A stretch of 63,881 nucleotides of DNA, counting the filler. It is 3 parts of 3 records of this genome, joined end to end, with 100 filler letters (N's around TTAATTAATTAA, not from the genome) between each part and the next. Parts side by side here need not be neighbours in the genome. Positions count along the whole stretch, not along the records: positions 31,884 to 58,332 come from SRR2962707_3269; positions 58,433 to 63,881 come from SRR2962707_3316; 1 more part is not named here. One strand, 5' to 3'. Shown piece after piece: positions 49,852 through 59,357 of the stretch (the first letter of the stretch is position 1; each line of letters begins with the position of its first letter). Both the position numbers and the translations under genes were made by a program. The notes under the pieces were generated by a model, which had not been told where the DNA came from, ran no database searches, and saw nothing but the letters and a program-made list of their open reading frames with translations.

Positions 49852-51474
49852 TTATGTTCCTGCATGGTCGGAGAGGATCATGTCTGCTCCCTTTTCCGCG
49901 ACCATGATTGTTGGTGCATTGGTGTTACCCGATGTCACAGTTGGAAAAACGGAGGCGTCGACCACCCGCAGATTGGACAGGCCGTGAACCTGTAGCCGCG
50001 CATTCACCACGCTGTCGGTCTCATCCACACCCATTCGGCAGGTGCTGACCGGGTGAAACACTGTGCCCGCCCGCGCGCGGATATCGGCAATCATCTCCTC
50101 GTCCGTTTCCACCCGCCGTCCCGGACGGATTTCCTCGTCCAGAATCTCGGCAAAGGCCGGAGCCTCGGCGAGCCTGCGCAAGAAACGCGCGCCCTCGAGC
50201 TGCTCGGCCACATCATGATTGGTCGAAAGGTAATTGGGATGGATTGCCGGCGCATCAAACGGATCGGCGGATTTGAGGTCCAGATGGCCACGGCTTGTCG
50301 GCCGCGTCGGTTGGGTTCCCATGATCACGCCCGAGAACGGATCCGGGCTCATCAGCGGCCGCTTTCCGGGCGGCGCCTTGGTGTAGCTCACCGGCGAGAA
50401 ATAGAGCTGCATGTTGGGGCGTTCAAGCTCCGGCCGGGTTCGGATAAAGCCGCCGGCCTGGTTCACACCGAGCGAAAGCGGCCCTCTGCGGCGCAGAACG
50501 TAGTTGATGCCGTGCCGCAGCTTTCCAAGCAGCGGTCTGAGATCATCATTGAGCGTACTCACCTTGGCTTTGTAGGTGTGGTCGATACAGAGGTGATCCT
50601 GCAAATTCCGGCCGACACTTGGTTGCTCCCGAACAACATCGATCCCATGCCGTTTGAGAACATCGGCGGGACCGACGCCGGACAGCATCAGCAGTTGCGG
50701 TGAATTGACCGATCCGCCCGAAACAATCACCTCACGCCCGGCATGAACCTGCTCGGTCTTGCCATTACGAACATATTCCACGCCAGTGGCGCGTGTCCCG
50801 TCAAACAGGATCCGCGTCGCATGCGCGCGTGAAACCACGGTCAGATTGGACCGCTTTTTAGCCGGATGCAGATAGGCGCGCGCCGCCGACATGCGGAAGC
50901 CGCCTTTGGCCGTGTTCTGGTAAAGCCCGATGCCCTCATTGCTGGCAGCATTGAAATCCGGAGTGTAACTTAGCCCGCACTCTTCACCGGCACGAATGAA
51001 ATTCCGGCAGGTCGGGTGCAGGTCCTGTTCCATGGTCGAGACGTAGAGCGGTCCGCTGTCGCCGCGCCACTCGGTGCCGCCCTGATCGCTGGTCTCGCTC
51101 TTCTTGAAATAGGGCAGCACATCACTCCAGCCCCAGCCGGCATTGCCCATCGCCGCCCAGTCATCAAAGTCACCATGGTGCCCACGGATATAGACCATGG
51201 CATTGATCGACGAGGAGCCGCCGATCACCTTGCCGCGCGGCCAGTAGCTGACCCGGTTTCCCGTGCCCGGATCCGGCTCGGACTTGTACATCCAGTTGAT
51301 GCGCTTGTCGTAAAACGCCATGCCGTAGCCGATCGGCATCCAGATCTTGAAGTTCCGGTCATGGCCACCGGCTTCCAGCAGCAGCACCGAATACTTGCCG
51401 TTTTCGGTCAACCGATTGGCCAGCACGCAACCGGCAGACCCTGCGCCGACAATCACGAAATCATAGGTTTGCAC
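49852..51474 (-). CDS. GMC-family oxidoreductase (choline dehydrogenase-like)
   Basis: GAGSAG, RGKVIGGSSSINAMVYIRG, GRNLQDH, HPVSTC and GNTNAP motifs. Confidence 0.92.
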   Translation of the reverse strand: MQTYDFVIVGAGSAGCVLANRLTENGKYSVLLLEAGGHDRNFKIWMPIGYGMAFYDKRINWMYKSEPDPGTGNRVSYWPRGKVIGGSSSINAMVYIRGHHGDFDDWAAMGNAGWGWSDVLPYFKKSETSDQGGTEWRGDSGPLYVSTMEQDLHPTCRNFIRAGEECGLSYTPDFNAASNEGIGLYQNTAKGGFRMSAARAYLHPAKKRSNLTVVSRAHATRILFDGTRATGVEYVRNGKTEQVHAGREVIVSGGSVNSPQLLMLSGVGPADVLKRHGIDVVREQPSVGRNLQDHLCIDHTYKAKVSTLNDDLRPLLGKLRHGINYVLRRRGPLSLGVNQAGGFIRTRPELERPNMQLYFSPVSYTKAPPGKRPLMSPDPFSGVIMGTQPTRPTSRGHLDLKSADPFDAPAIHPNYLSTNHDVAEQLEGARFLRRLAEAPAFAEILDEEIRPGRRVETDEEMIADIRARAGTVFHPVSTCRMGVDETDSVVNARLQVHGLSNLRVVDASVFPTVTSGNTNAPTIMVAEKGADMILSDHAGT

Positions 51475-51514
51475 GGGGCGCACCACTCTCAGGTTTGAGG
51501 CTCGGATAGGGAAC

Positions 51515-52372
51515 TCAGGTCTGGGGTTTGTCGCGTTGGACGAGAACCGACACCAGCGCAAGCATGGCCGAGCCGACCATCAGGAAAAACGACACCGCGT
51601 TCAGCACCGGCGTCGAGCCCACCTTGACCATCCGGTCATACATGGTGATCGTCAACGGCGCTTCGGAGCCGACCAGAAACAGCGTGGTGTTGAAGTTCTC
51701 GAACGACACCAGAAACGCCACGATGCCGGCGGCTGCCATTGCCGGAAACAGGAATGGCAGGGTAATTGTCCGGAGTACCCGCACGCGGCTGGCGCCCAGA
51801 TTGAACGCAGCTTCTTCCATCGATTCATCGAACTTCTTCAGCCGGGCGATGATCACCAGCGAGGTGATGGTGGTGATGAAGGAGAACTGCCCCAGTACCA
51901 CCAGGATGATGCCGGGCCGCAGGAAATCAAGATCAAGCGACAGCGCCTCTTCCGCCGAATTGGCGATGTTGCTGGCGAGCAGCAGGATCGAGATGCCCAG
52001 GATGACGCCGGGAATGACCAGCGGCAGAACCATCATGATGTAGAAGAAATCCTTGGCCGGGAATTTGCAACGCACGAACAGGAAGGCATTGCAGGTGCCG
52101 ACAAACACCGACAGCAACGACACGAAGCTGGCGATGACGAAGGAATAATAAAGTCCCCTCAGCAGCCTGCGGTCATGAAACATGCCGAGTTTCGGCTCGG
52201 TGTCATTGAAGAACCAATCCAGCGTAAAACCCTGCCACGGCAGCGACGGAAACACGGAATCGTTGAAGGCGAAGACGCCCGCGGCCACCAGCGGCGCCGC
52301 AAGGAACACGAAGAAGGCCGCCACATAGATGCGGTAGCTGGTGAGGAACGCGGTGTTGGGTTTGATTGCCAT
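51515..52372 (-). CDS. PotC-like ABC permease
   Basis: GFTLDWF and EEAAFNLGAS motifs. Confidence 0.88.
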   Translation of the reverse strand: MAIKPNTAFLTSYRIYVAAFFVFLAAPLVAAGVFAFNDSVFPSLPWQGFTLDWFFNDTEPKLGMFHDRRLLRGLYYSFVIASFVSLLSVFVGTCNAFLFVRCKFPAKDFFYIMMVLPLVIPGVILGISILLLASNIANSAEEALSLDLDFLRPGIILVVLGQFSFITTITSLVIIARLKKFDESMEEAAFNLGASRVRVLRTITLPFLFPAMAAAGIVAFLVSFENFNTTLFLVGSEAPLTITMYDRMVKVGSTPVLNAVSFFLMVGSAMLALVSVLVQRDKPQT

Positions 52373-53241
52373 CAGCTTCTCGCCACCGTGGAATTGAGTG
52401 TCTGACCCGAGAGCTTCAGCCCGCCCCAGACCACCAGCGACGTGAATGCCAGCAGCAGGAAGCCGAACGCCGCACCCGATTCCCAGTTATAGCGGGTGAT
52501 GAACTGGTCGTAGATCTGCTCGGTGAACCAGCTCGAATTCTTGCCGCCCAGCAGGATCGGCGTCAGGTAGCTGCCGGCCGTCAACATGAACACGACGATA
52601 CAGCCCGAGACGATACCCGGCATGGCGTAGGGGATGATGATCCGGCGCAGCACGGTCGGACCGTTGCCGCCGAGATTGTAGCCTGCCTCGATCATCGCAT
52701 TGTCCATGCCATCCAGCGTCGAGACCAGCGGCACGATCATGAACAGGATCACGGTGTAGACCAGACCCATGATCACCGTAGCGTCATTGTAGAGAAACTC
52801 GATCGGCGTGTTGACCACACCCGCCCATTGCAGACTTGTGGATATGATGCCGGTTTCACGAAGCAGCAAGATCCAGCCGAACGCCCGGATCAGGTCGCTG
52901 ACCCAGAGCGGGATCAGGCACATCAGGAACAGCGCACCCCGTGTTCGGTTCCCTGCTATCTTGGCGATATAATAGGCGATCGGAAATCCGAGCAGCAGCG
53001 CCAGCACGGTGACCAGCAGCGACATCGATCCGGTCCGGATCAGCGTGTTCCAGTAGATCGGCTCGGTGAAAAAATTGATGTAATTGCCCAGCCCGAATTC
53101 GTACATCCGGGGCCCGACCTTCTCTTGCACCGAGATGTAGAACATCCCCAGATGCGGAAGAATGATCAGCAGAAAAATCCACAGCGCGAACGGTGCGAAC
53201 AGCAGAATAAGCGACAGCCGCTTGATATCACTCTGCATCAT
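52372..53241 (-). CDS. PotB-like ABC permease
   Basis: GFPIAYY, IRAFGW and EAGYNLGG motifs. Confidence 0.88.
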   Translation of the reverse strand: MMQSDIKRLSLILLFAPFALWIFLLIILPHLGMFYISVQEKVGPRMYEFGLGNYINFFTEPIYWNTLIRTGSMSLLVTVLALLLGFPIAYYIAKIAGNRTRGALFLMCLIPLWVSDLIRAFGWILLLRETGIISTSLQWAGVVNTPIEFLYNDATVIMGLVYTVILFMIVPLVSTLDGMDNAMIEAGYNLGGNGPTVLRRIIIPYAMPGIVSGCIVVFMLTAGSYLTPILLGGKNSSWFTEQIYDQFITRYNWESGAAFGFLLLAFTSLVVWGGLKLSGQTLNSTVARS

Positions 53242-53251
53242 CTGCTCGCCC

Positions 53252-54385
53252 TCAAACCTTGAAGCTCATGGTCTGTTCAGGCGACCATGAAAGCGTGACG
53301 TCATCTTTTGGCTTCAAATCCTGGGTTCCGCCGGTCAGCACAACATCGGCTTCAATGAGCTCACCCGCGCCATCCCGGACCAGAATGCGGCTGTTGGCTC
53401 CGTTGAACAGAATGCTGTCGACCTTGCCGTTGATCACATTGTGCGCCGCATCGGCAGGCCTGGCTGAGCCCCCGCTCTTTTCCGCCGAAATGAACTCGGG
53501 CCGGACAAAGGCGCTGACCGTATCGCCCACGCCCGGAGTGCCCGCCCCACGCACAGAACCGCGCATGATCAGACCGGCTTCGGTCGCAACTTCAACCGAA
53601 CCGTTTTCGACGCGTGTCACCTTGCCGGCCCAGCGGTTTGTGTCGCCGACGAAGCCTGCGACAAAGGCCGCCGACGGATTGTGATAAAGCTCCTGCGGCG
53701 TGCCTATCTGGACAAACTTGCCCTCGTTCATGATCGCCACATTGTCCGACATCACCAGTGCTTCCGACTGGTCATGGGTGATGTAGACGAATGTCGTGTC
53801 GAACTGGTGCTGCAGCAGCTTGAGCTCGATCTTCATGGCTTCGCGCAGCTTCAGGTCGAGCGCGCCGAGCGGTTCGTCAAGCAGAAGAACGTCGGGGTCG
53901 AGAACCATGCAGCGGGCAATAGCAATCCGCTGCTTCTGGCCGCCGGACAGCTGGGTAATTTCGCGATTGGCGACATCAGGCAGCGAAATACGTTCGAGAA
54001 CATCATGCACCTTGGTGCGGATCACCTCTTTCGAAGCTCCGGCACAGCGCAGGCCATAGGCGATGTTTTCATAGACATTCATCATCGGAAACAGCGCCAG
54101 GTGCTGGAACACCATCTTCACATTGCGCCGGTTCGGCGGTGTGCCGATCACCGATTTGCCCTTGATCCGGATGTCGCCGGAGGACGGGGATTCAAATCCC
54201 GCAATCATCCGCATCAGCGTGGTCTTGCCACATCCCGACGGACCAAGAATGGAAAAGAACGATCCCTTGGGGATCTCGAAGGAGACGTCATCAACAGCTC
54301 GGACCGAGCCAAAGTGCTTCTTGACCTGGACACATTCCAGATCGTTCTCGGCGATTGCCACATCGTTCTCGGTCATTGATTGCAT
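53252..54385 (-). CDS. PotA-like ABC ATPase
   Basis: GPSGCGKT, LSGGQKQR, LDEPLGALD; C-terminal TOBE-like domain. Confidence 0.9.
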   Translation of the reverse strand: MQSMTENDVAIAENDLECVQVKKHFGSVRAVDDVSFEIPKGSFFSILGPSGCGKTTLMRMIAGFESPSSGDIRIKGKSVIGTPPNRRNVKMVFQHLALFPMMNVYENIAYGLRCAGASKEVIRTKVHDVLERISLPDVANREITQLSGGQKQRIAIARCMVLDPDVLLLDEPLGALDLKLREAMKIELKLLQHQFDTTFVYITHDQSEALVMSDNVAIMNEGKFVQIGTPQELYHNPSAAFVAGFVGDTNRWAGKVTRVENGSVEVATEAGLIMRGSVRGAGTPGVGDTVSAFVRPEFISAEKSGGSARPADAAHNVINGKVDSILFNGANSRILVRDGAGELIEADVVLTGGTQDLKPKDDVTLSWSPEQTMSFKV

Positions 54386-54494
54386 CGAGTGCCCAGTGCG
54401 TTGACGTCAGAATTTTTTGAAGGTTTGTGTGCGGCTGCCCGAAACACATCGGGCAGCCGCATCATGTCACGAAAAGATTTTCGTGGTGCCTGGC

Positions 54495-55571
54495 TTATTC
54501 GGAGCCGGTAGCAGCCTTGATCTTTTCAAGCGTCTTGCCTTCCATGTCCTCGACACCAGCCGGGATGTTGGCGAAGAACTTCAGGTTGTTGATGTCTTCG
54601 TCGGTGAAGGCAGCGTTGACGGCAGCCTTCTTGTCATCAGGCAACAGGTCCTTGCCACCGTTCACTGCTGCAATGGCGCCGGTGCTGGCGGACATGATCT
54701 TCACGTTCTCGGGCTCGAGCACGAAGTTGATCCACTTGTAAGCGGCATCATCAGCTTCGCCCTTGCGCGGAATTGCGAAGGTGTCGATCCAAGCCAGTGC
54801 GCCGGTCTTCGGCGGCACGAATACGATGTCCTTGTTCTCGCCGTAGAGCTTGTAAGCGGTCGAATCCCAGGTTTCAGACGCAACGATCTCGCCCGACATC
54901 ATCATCGCCGAAAGGTCGTCGCCGCCCTTCCAGTAGGCCTTGAGGTTATCCTTGCACGAGATCAGCTTGTCGGCAACCTTGTCCAGAATCGTCTGGTACT
55001 TGTCGAGATCGGCGTAAGCTGCAAACGGATCTTCACCCATGTCGAACGCCATGCCGAGCAGGATGGTGCGCTTCAGGCGCATCGAGGTCTTGCCCTTGTA
55101 CTGCGGATCGCAGAGATCGCCCCAGGCCTTGATGTCCGGCGCCATCGACTTGTTGGCCATCAGGCCGGAAGTGCCCCACTGGTGCGGCACGGCATAGACT
55201 TCGCCATCAATCGTGGTGTTGGCTTTGACGCCATCCAGCAGCGCGGCCTGCATGGCCGAGGTGTCGATCTTCGATAGATCAAGCGGCTTGTAGATGTTGT
55301 ATTCCTGCTGCACGGCATAAATACGGTCATGGCTCGGCTGAGCCAGGTCGAAACCGGCACCACCGGTGGCGCGCAGCTTGGCAACCATTTCCTCGTTGTT
55401 CGAGAATGTCACCTCGACAGTGATGTCGGGATTTGCCGCTTCAAACTTCTTCACCAGTTCGTCAGGAGCATAGGAGCCCCATGTCAACAGACGCAGGGTT
55501 TCTGCCTGCGCCGGCACGACTGCCATAACTGTTGTGGCCAAAAGCCCGGCCATTGCTAGTTTCATGATCAT
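54495..55571 (-). CDS. PotD/PotF-like substrate-binding protein
   Basis: Signal peptide; LTWGSY, FSNNEEM, AVPHQWGT and WIDTFAIP motifs. Confidence 0.85.
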   Translation of the reverse strand: MIMKLAMAGLLATTVMAVVPAQAETLRLLTWGSYAPDELVKKFEAANPDITVEVTFSNNEEMVAKLRATGGAGFDLAQPSHDRIYAVQQEYNIYKPLDLSKIDTSAMQAALLDGVKANTTIDGEVYAVPHQWGTSGLMANKSMAPDIKAWGDLCDPQYKGKTSMRLKRTILLGMAFDMGEDPFAAYADLDKYQTILDKVADKLISCKDNLKAYWKGGDDLSAMMMSGEIVASETWDSTAYKLYGENKDIVFVPPKTGALAWIDTFAIPRKGEADDAAYKWINFVLEPENVKIMSASTGAIAAVNGGKDLLPDDKKAAVNAAFTDEDINNLKFFANIPAGVEDMEGKTLEKIKAATGSE

Positions 55572-55651
55572 GTCAAACTCCCTTTGAACCCTCTGAATAT
55601 CAGCGCATTATTGTTTATAACCCACGCAGATGACAAGAAGCGTAGTCCCTC

Positions 55652-55697
55652 ATTGGACTGCACCGCATATCCATTATAGATATTTTTCCATACCAAT
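55652..55697 (-). promoter_or_regulatory. Tripartite MocR-type operator upstream of the ABC operon
   Basis: On the minus strand: ATTGGTA (0), AATGGAT (+22), GTCCAAT (+39). Confidence 0.7.
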
Positions 55698-55807
55698 TTG
55701 TGACAACCCGTCACCCGAGCAAAGACCATTGCACCTGATGCAAATCACGGCAACCACGGCAGGCGATTGAGGCGCTAACTCAAACCAACCCTCACGGGAA
55801 AATGGCT

Positions 55808-57280
55808 CTAAACAAACAGTTGCGCCATGACATCCAGGCCCTGCCTGATTTCGCCTTCACTCGCTGCCCCGTAGCCGATCACCACACCCTTTCGGTCGAT
55901 CGGAGTGAGGCAATATCGCCCGATCCCTGACAGGGTAAGACCGGCGGCCGTCGCATCATTAATAAAAGTCGCCTCGTCTCTCGTCGGGTCCTTGAAATAC
56001 CCCACCGTATGAAAGCCCGCCGATGCACGCTGGATCTGCATGTACGGATCAAGCTGTCTTGCATGGGCGTGCAGCATCTCGTGTCGGCGCTTGTAATGCT
56101 GCCGCATGGTTCTGATGTGCGTGGCGAAGTGCCCCTCGTCGATGAAGTCAGCAACAATGGCCTGCGGCCAGGTCGGAACGCCGCTCAGCGCTGACGAAAA
56201 GATGCTCGACATGGCATCCACCATGCTGGCCGGTGCCACCATGAAACCGAGCCGCAACGAGGGAAACAGCGTCTTCGAGAAGGTGCCGACATAAATCACC
56301 CGGCCATTGGTATCGATGCTCTTGAGCGTCGGCAGCGGCTGGTCGCCGAAATAGAAGTCGCCGTCATAATCGTCCTCGACGATAAACGCGTCAGCCTGAT
56401 CGGCCGCATCCAGCAAAGCCAGCCGGCGCGCCAGACTGAGAACCTTGCTCAGCGGCTGCTGATGAGAGGGTGTGACAAAGGCCAGCCGGAAATCGGGCGC
56501 CTTTGCCAGCCCGTCCTCTACGACAATGCCCTCGTCATCCACCGCCACCGGAACCAGATCCGCGCCTTGCGATATGAAGGCGTTGCGGGCCCCAATGGCG
56601 CCGGGATTTTCAAACCAGACCTTCTCCCCCCGGTCGAGCAACATGCCGCCGATCAGCGAGAACGCCTGCTGCGCCCCACCGACCACAAACACCTGCTCGG
56701 GATCACACTGAATGCCACGGCTCGCATTGAGATGCGTGGCAATCGCAGCCCGAAGCCGCGGCAGGCCGTAAGGATTGCCATAGCCCATGACAGCGTCCCG
56801 GTCTGAGCGCAGATGCCGGGCAGAAAGCCGTGCCCACTGTGCCATCGGAAAGGCGTTGAGCGCCGGAAGGGCCGTGACAAAGGCCTGCGATTTGTGCGGC
56901 AACCGCCGCCGCTCTGCAAACAATTGCCGTGCCCGGATTGTTGATGGAGACAAGCGCGGTTGCCGCTCACTGTCCGCTCCCACAGCCTTCGGTTTGACCG
57001 GAACCCGGCCCGTCATGGTGTGACTGACAAACGTCCCGGCACCAATCCGCGATTCCAGCAATCCCTCCGATATCAGCCGGCTGACCGCATCCAGCGCCGT
57101 CGTGCGCGACACGCCGACTTCGCTTGCCAGCGTCCGCGTCGCCGGCAACCGCTCACCGCCATTCAAGCCGCCCGACAGAATGATGTCGCGCAGTCCCATA
57201 TAGAGTTGCACGCTGATTTTCCTGTCCTGGTCCCGGTCAATCCGGATCGAAGAGAGGATTGCTCCGGCCTTGGTTTTCAT
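55808..57280 (-). CDS. MocR/GabR-family PLP-dependent regulator
   Basis: LPATRTLA..GVSRTT HTH; TPSHQQP, EDDYDG and GTFSKTLFPSLRLG motifs. Confidence 0.92.
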   Translation of the reverse strand: MKTKAGAILSSIRIDRDQDRKISVQLYMGLRDIILSGGLNGGERLPATRTLASEVGVSRTTALDAVSRLISEGLLESRIGAGTFVSHTMTGRVPVKPKAVGADSERQPRLSPSTIRARQLFAERRRLPHKSQAFVTALPALNAFPMAQWARLSARHLRSDRDAVMGYGNPYGLPRLRAAIATHLNASRGIQCDPEQVFVVGGAQQAFSLIGGMLLDRGEKVWFENPGAIGARNAFISQGADLVPVAVDDEGIVVEDGLAKAPDFRLAFVTPSHQQPLSKVLSLARRLALLDAADQADAFIVEDDYDGDFYFGDQPLPTLKSIDTNGRVIYVGTFSKTLFPSLRLGFMVAPASMVDAMSSIFSSALSGVPTWPQAIVADFIDEGHFATHIRTMRQHYKRRHEMLHAHARQLDPYMQIQRASAGFHTVGYFKDPTRDEATFINDATAAGLTLSGIGRYCLTPIDRKGVVIGYGAASEGEIRQGLDVMAQLFV

Positions 57281-57304
57281 GAACAACGGACCGCCATAGT
57301 TGAA

Positions 57305-57350
57305 ATTGGTCTGGAAGCTTTGCGAGATTGGACCTTATCGTAAGTCCAAT
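57305..57350 (+). promoter_or_regulatory. Tripartite MocR-type operator upstream of the enolase-family gene
   Basis: ATTGGTC (0), ATTGGAC (+22), GTCCAAT (+39). Confidence 0.72.
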
Positions 57351-57395
57351 CGACCCGCTACGGTTTATAAAAATGTCGGCACGGGTATGCATCAC

Positions 57396-58332
57396 ATGAA
57401 AATCTCTCACATCGAAACATTCACCAACGAGTTCGTCTGCTTCGTCAAGGTCACCACCGATACCGGTGACATTGGCTGGGGTCAGGTGGCGCCATATTAT
57501 GCGGATATCACGGCTCAGATCGTGCATCGGCAGGTCGCACCTTATGCGCTCGGGCAGTCGGCGCTGGACATCGATTACCTGATCGATCTGATCCCCGAAA
57601 AGGAACACAAGTTTCCCGGCTCCTACCTCAAGCGCGCGCTCGGCGGGCTCGACACGGCCCTGTGGGATTTGCGCGGACGCCTTGAAGGCAAGCCGGTCTG
57701 CGAACTGATCGGCGGCACGCCCGGCACCATCCGCGCCTATGGTTCCTCGATGAAGCGAGACATCACGCCGAAGGATGAAGCCGCACGGCTCAGCCGCCTG
57801 CGCGACCAGTTCGGCTTCGATGCCTTCAAGTTCCGCATTGGCGCCGAATGCGGACGCGGCAAGGATGAATGGCCCGGCCGGACCGAGGAAATCGTGCCCA
57901 CCATGCGCAAGGCCATGGATGACAGCGTAGCACTTCTGGTTGACGCCAACTCCTGCTATTCGCCGCAACAAGCCGTCGAGATCTCCAAGCTGTTGATCGA
58001 CAACGGCATCAGCCATTTCGAAGAGCCCTGCCCCTACTGGGAATACGAGCAGACCAGGCAGGTGACCGAAGCACTGTCGGCACTGCCCATCGACGTCACC
58101 GGTGGCGAACAGGACTGCGAACTGCCCAACTGGCGCTGGATGATCGACATGAAGGCCGTCGACATCGTTCAGCCCGACATCTGCTATCTTGGCGGTCTGA
58201 CACGCACGTTGCGGGTGGCGGACATGGCGGCAAAAGCCGGCCTGCCTTGCACGCCGCACTGCGCCAACTGGTCGATGGTGACGCTGTTCACCATGCATAT
58301 GCTGCGCGCCATCCCGAACGCCGGCAAGTACC
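57396..58332 (+). CDS. Mandelate racemase/muconate lactonizing enzyme family protein, 3' truncated
   Basis: [31 protein letters not shown] and TPH motifs. Confidence 0.88.
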
Positions 58333-58432
58333 NNNNNNNNNNNNNNNNNNNNNNNNNNNNNNNNNNNNNNNNNNNNTTAATTAATTAANNNNNNNNNNNN
58401 NNNNNNNNNNNNNNNNNNNNNNNNNNNNNNNN
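58333..58432. other. Artificial contig linker
   Basis: Same N44-TTAATTAATTAA-N44; abrupt switch to AT-rich DNA. Confidence 0.98.
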
Positions 58433-58486
58433 TGGGATTAATAACAAATAGCAACTCAAAAACATTCAGGAATAACATAAAACTCC

Positions 58487-59135
58487 TTAAAATTTTAAAG
58501 GGTCTAAGTTTTTAAAATGCCCATTCATTTGAATTAGTTTTCTTGTATCGTTAACTTGATTTAATATAGGGAGTACTTTTAATAAATGTGCTTTTATAAA
58601 TTGAACACGTTCCCGCTCACTCACTATTTCTAATAGCTGATATTCTTCTCCTATACTCATCCCTATTTTATGGGCAAACAAAAAACTATTAAAAGTTTCT
58701 ATCTGAATATTGTGTGCAGAAACACCAATAATTGCATATAATTGCATATAATTGCTTAATTAAAGCTATTACTTCAGAATATTCTTCGAGCGTACTATCA
58801 TCTTTATTTTCAAAAAATTGAACTTCGCCTCCCGCATATAATTTATTAGGAATTGGATTAAAGAATTTATCTACTTTAAAAGTCCTAATCCCTTTACATA
58901 GAATACATAGAATATCCATGCTTCCGTTATCATAGTTTTTTACAATCTCTTCTAACTTCACTTCTGTACCATAACTTAATTTCCCTTCCAAAAAAGTAGG
59001 AATTCCAAAGTTTAAGCCTCTTCGTTTACAATCGTTTATTAATTGTTTATAGCGTTCTTCAAATATGTGTAATGGAAGTACCTCCGTAGGAAAAACAACA
59101 ATTTGAAGCGGAAACAGCGGAATAATTCTATTCAT
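58487..59135 (-). pseudogene. Lon substrate-binding (N-terminal) domain protein, frameshifted by a tandem duplication
   Basis: IPLFPL..VVFP...PLHIFEERYKQL; two overlapping ORFs rejoin when one ATAATTGCAT unit (58728-58755) is removed. Confidence 0.78.
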
Positions 59136-59306
59136 AACAGACACGTTCTTGTAAGTTTATAATTATAGTTCTAAAAGGCAAAAATGCTTTTTAGCGACAG
59201 CTATTTCTTAAATTTACAAAAAATACTTTTTAAATTTTAGAAATCACCAACCTTATGTTATAAATGTAACATTGTGTTTTATTTTTATATATTTAATAAA
59301 ATTTAT

Positions 59307-59336
59307 TTTGAATACGAATCTACTTTTCTAATTTTG
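59307..59336 (+). promoter_or_regulatory. Bacteroidetes-type -33/-7 promoter of lysA
   Basis: TTTG-N18-TAATTTTG, matching TAnnTTTG. Confidence 0.6.
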
Positions 59337-59357
59337 CCTTCTAATATATAATGTAGT

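Noticed and set aside
196-58298. Many long antisense or overlapping ORFs (e.g. 4585-5805, 7852-9216, 17652-18986, 27268-28497, 41419-42558)
   Set aside because: They are shadow frames of well-supported genes in GC-rich DNA with no recognisable motifs.
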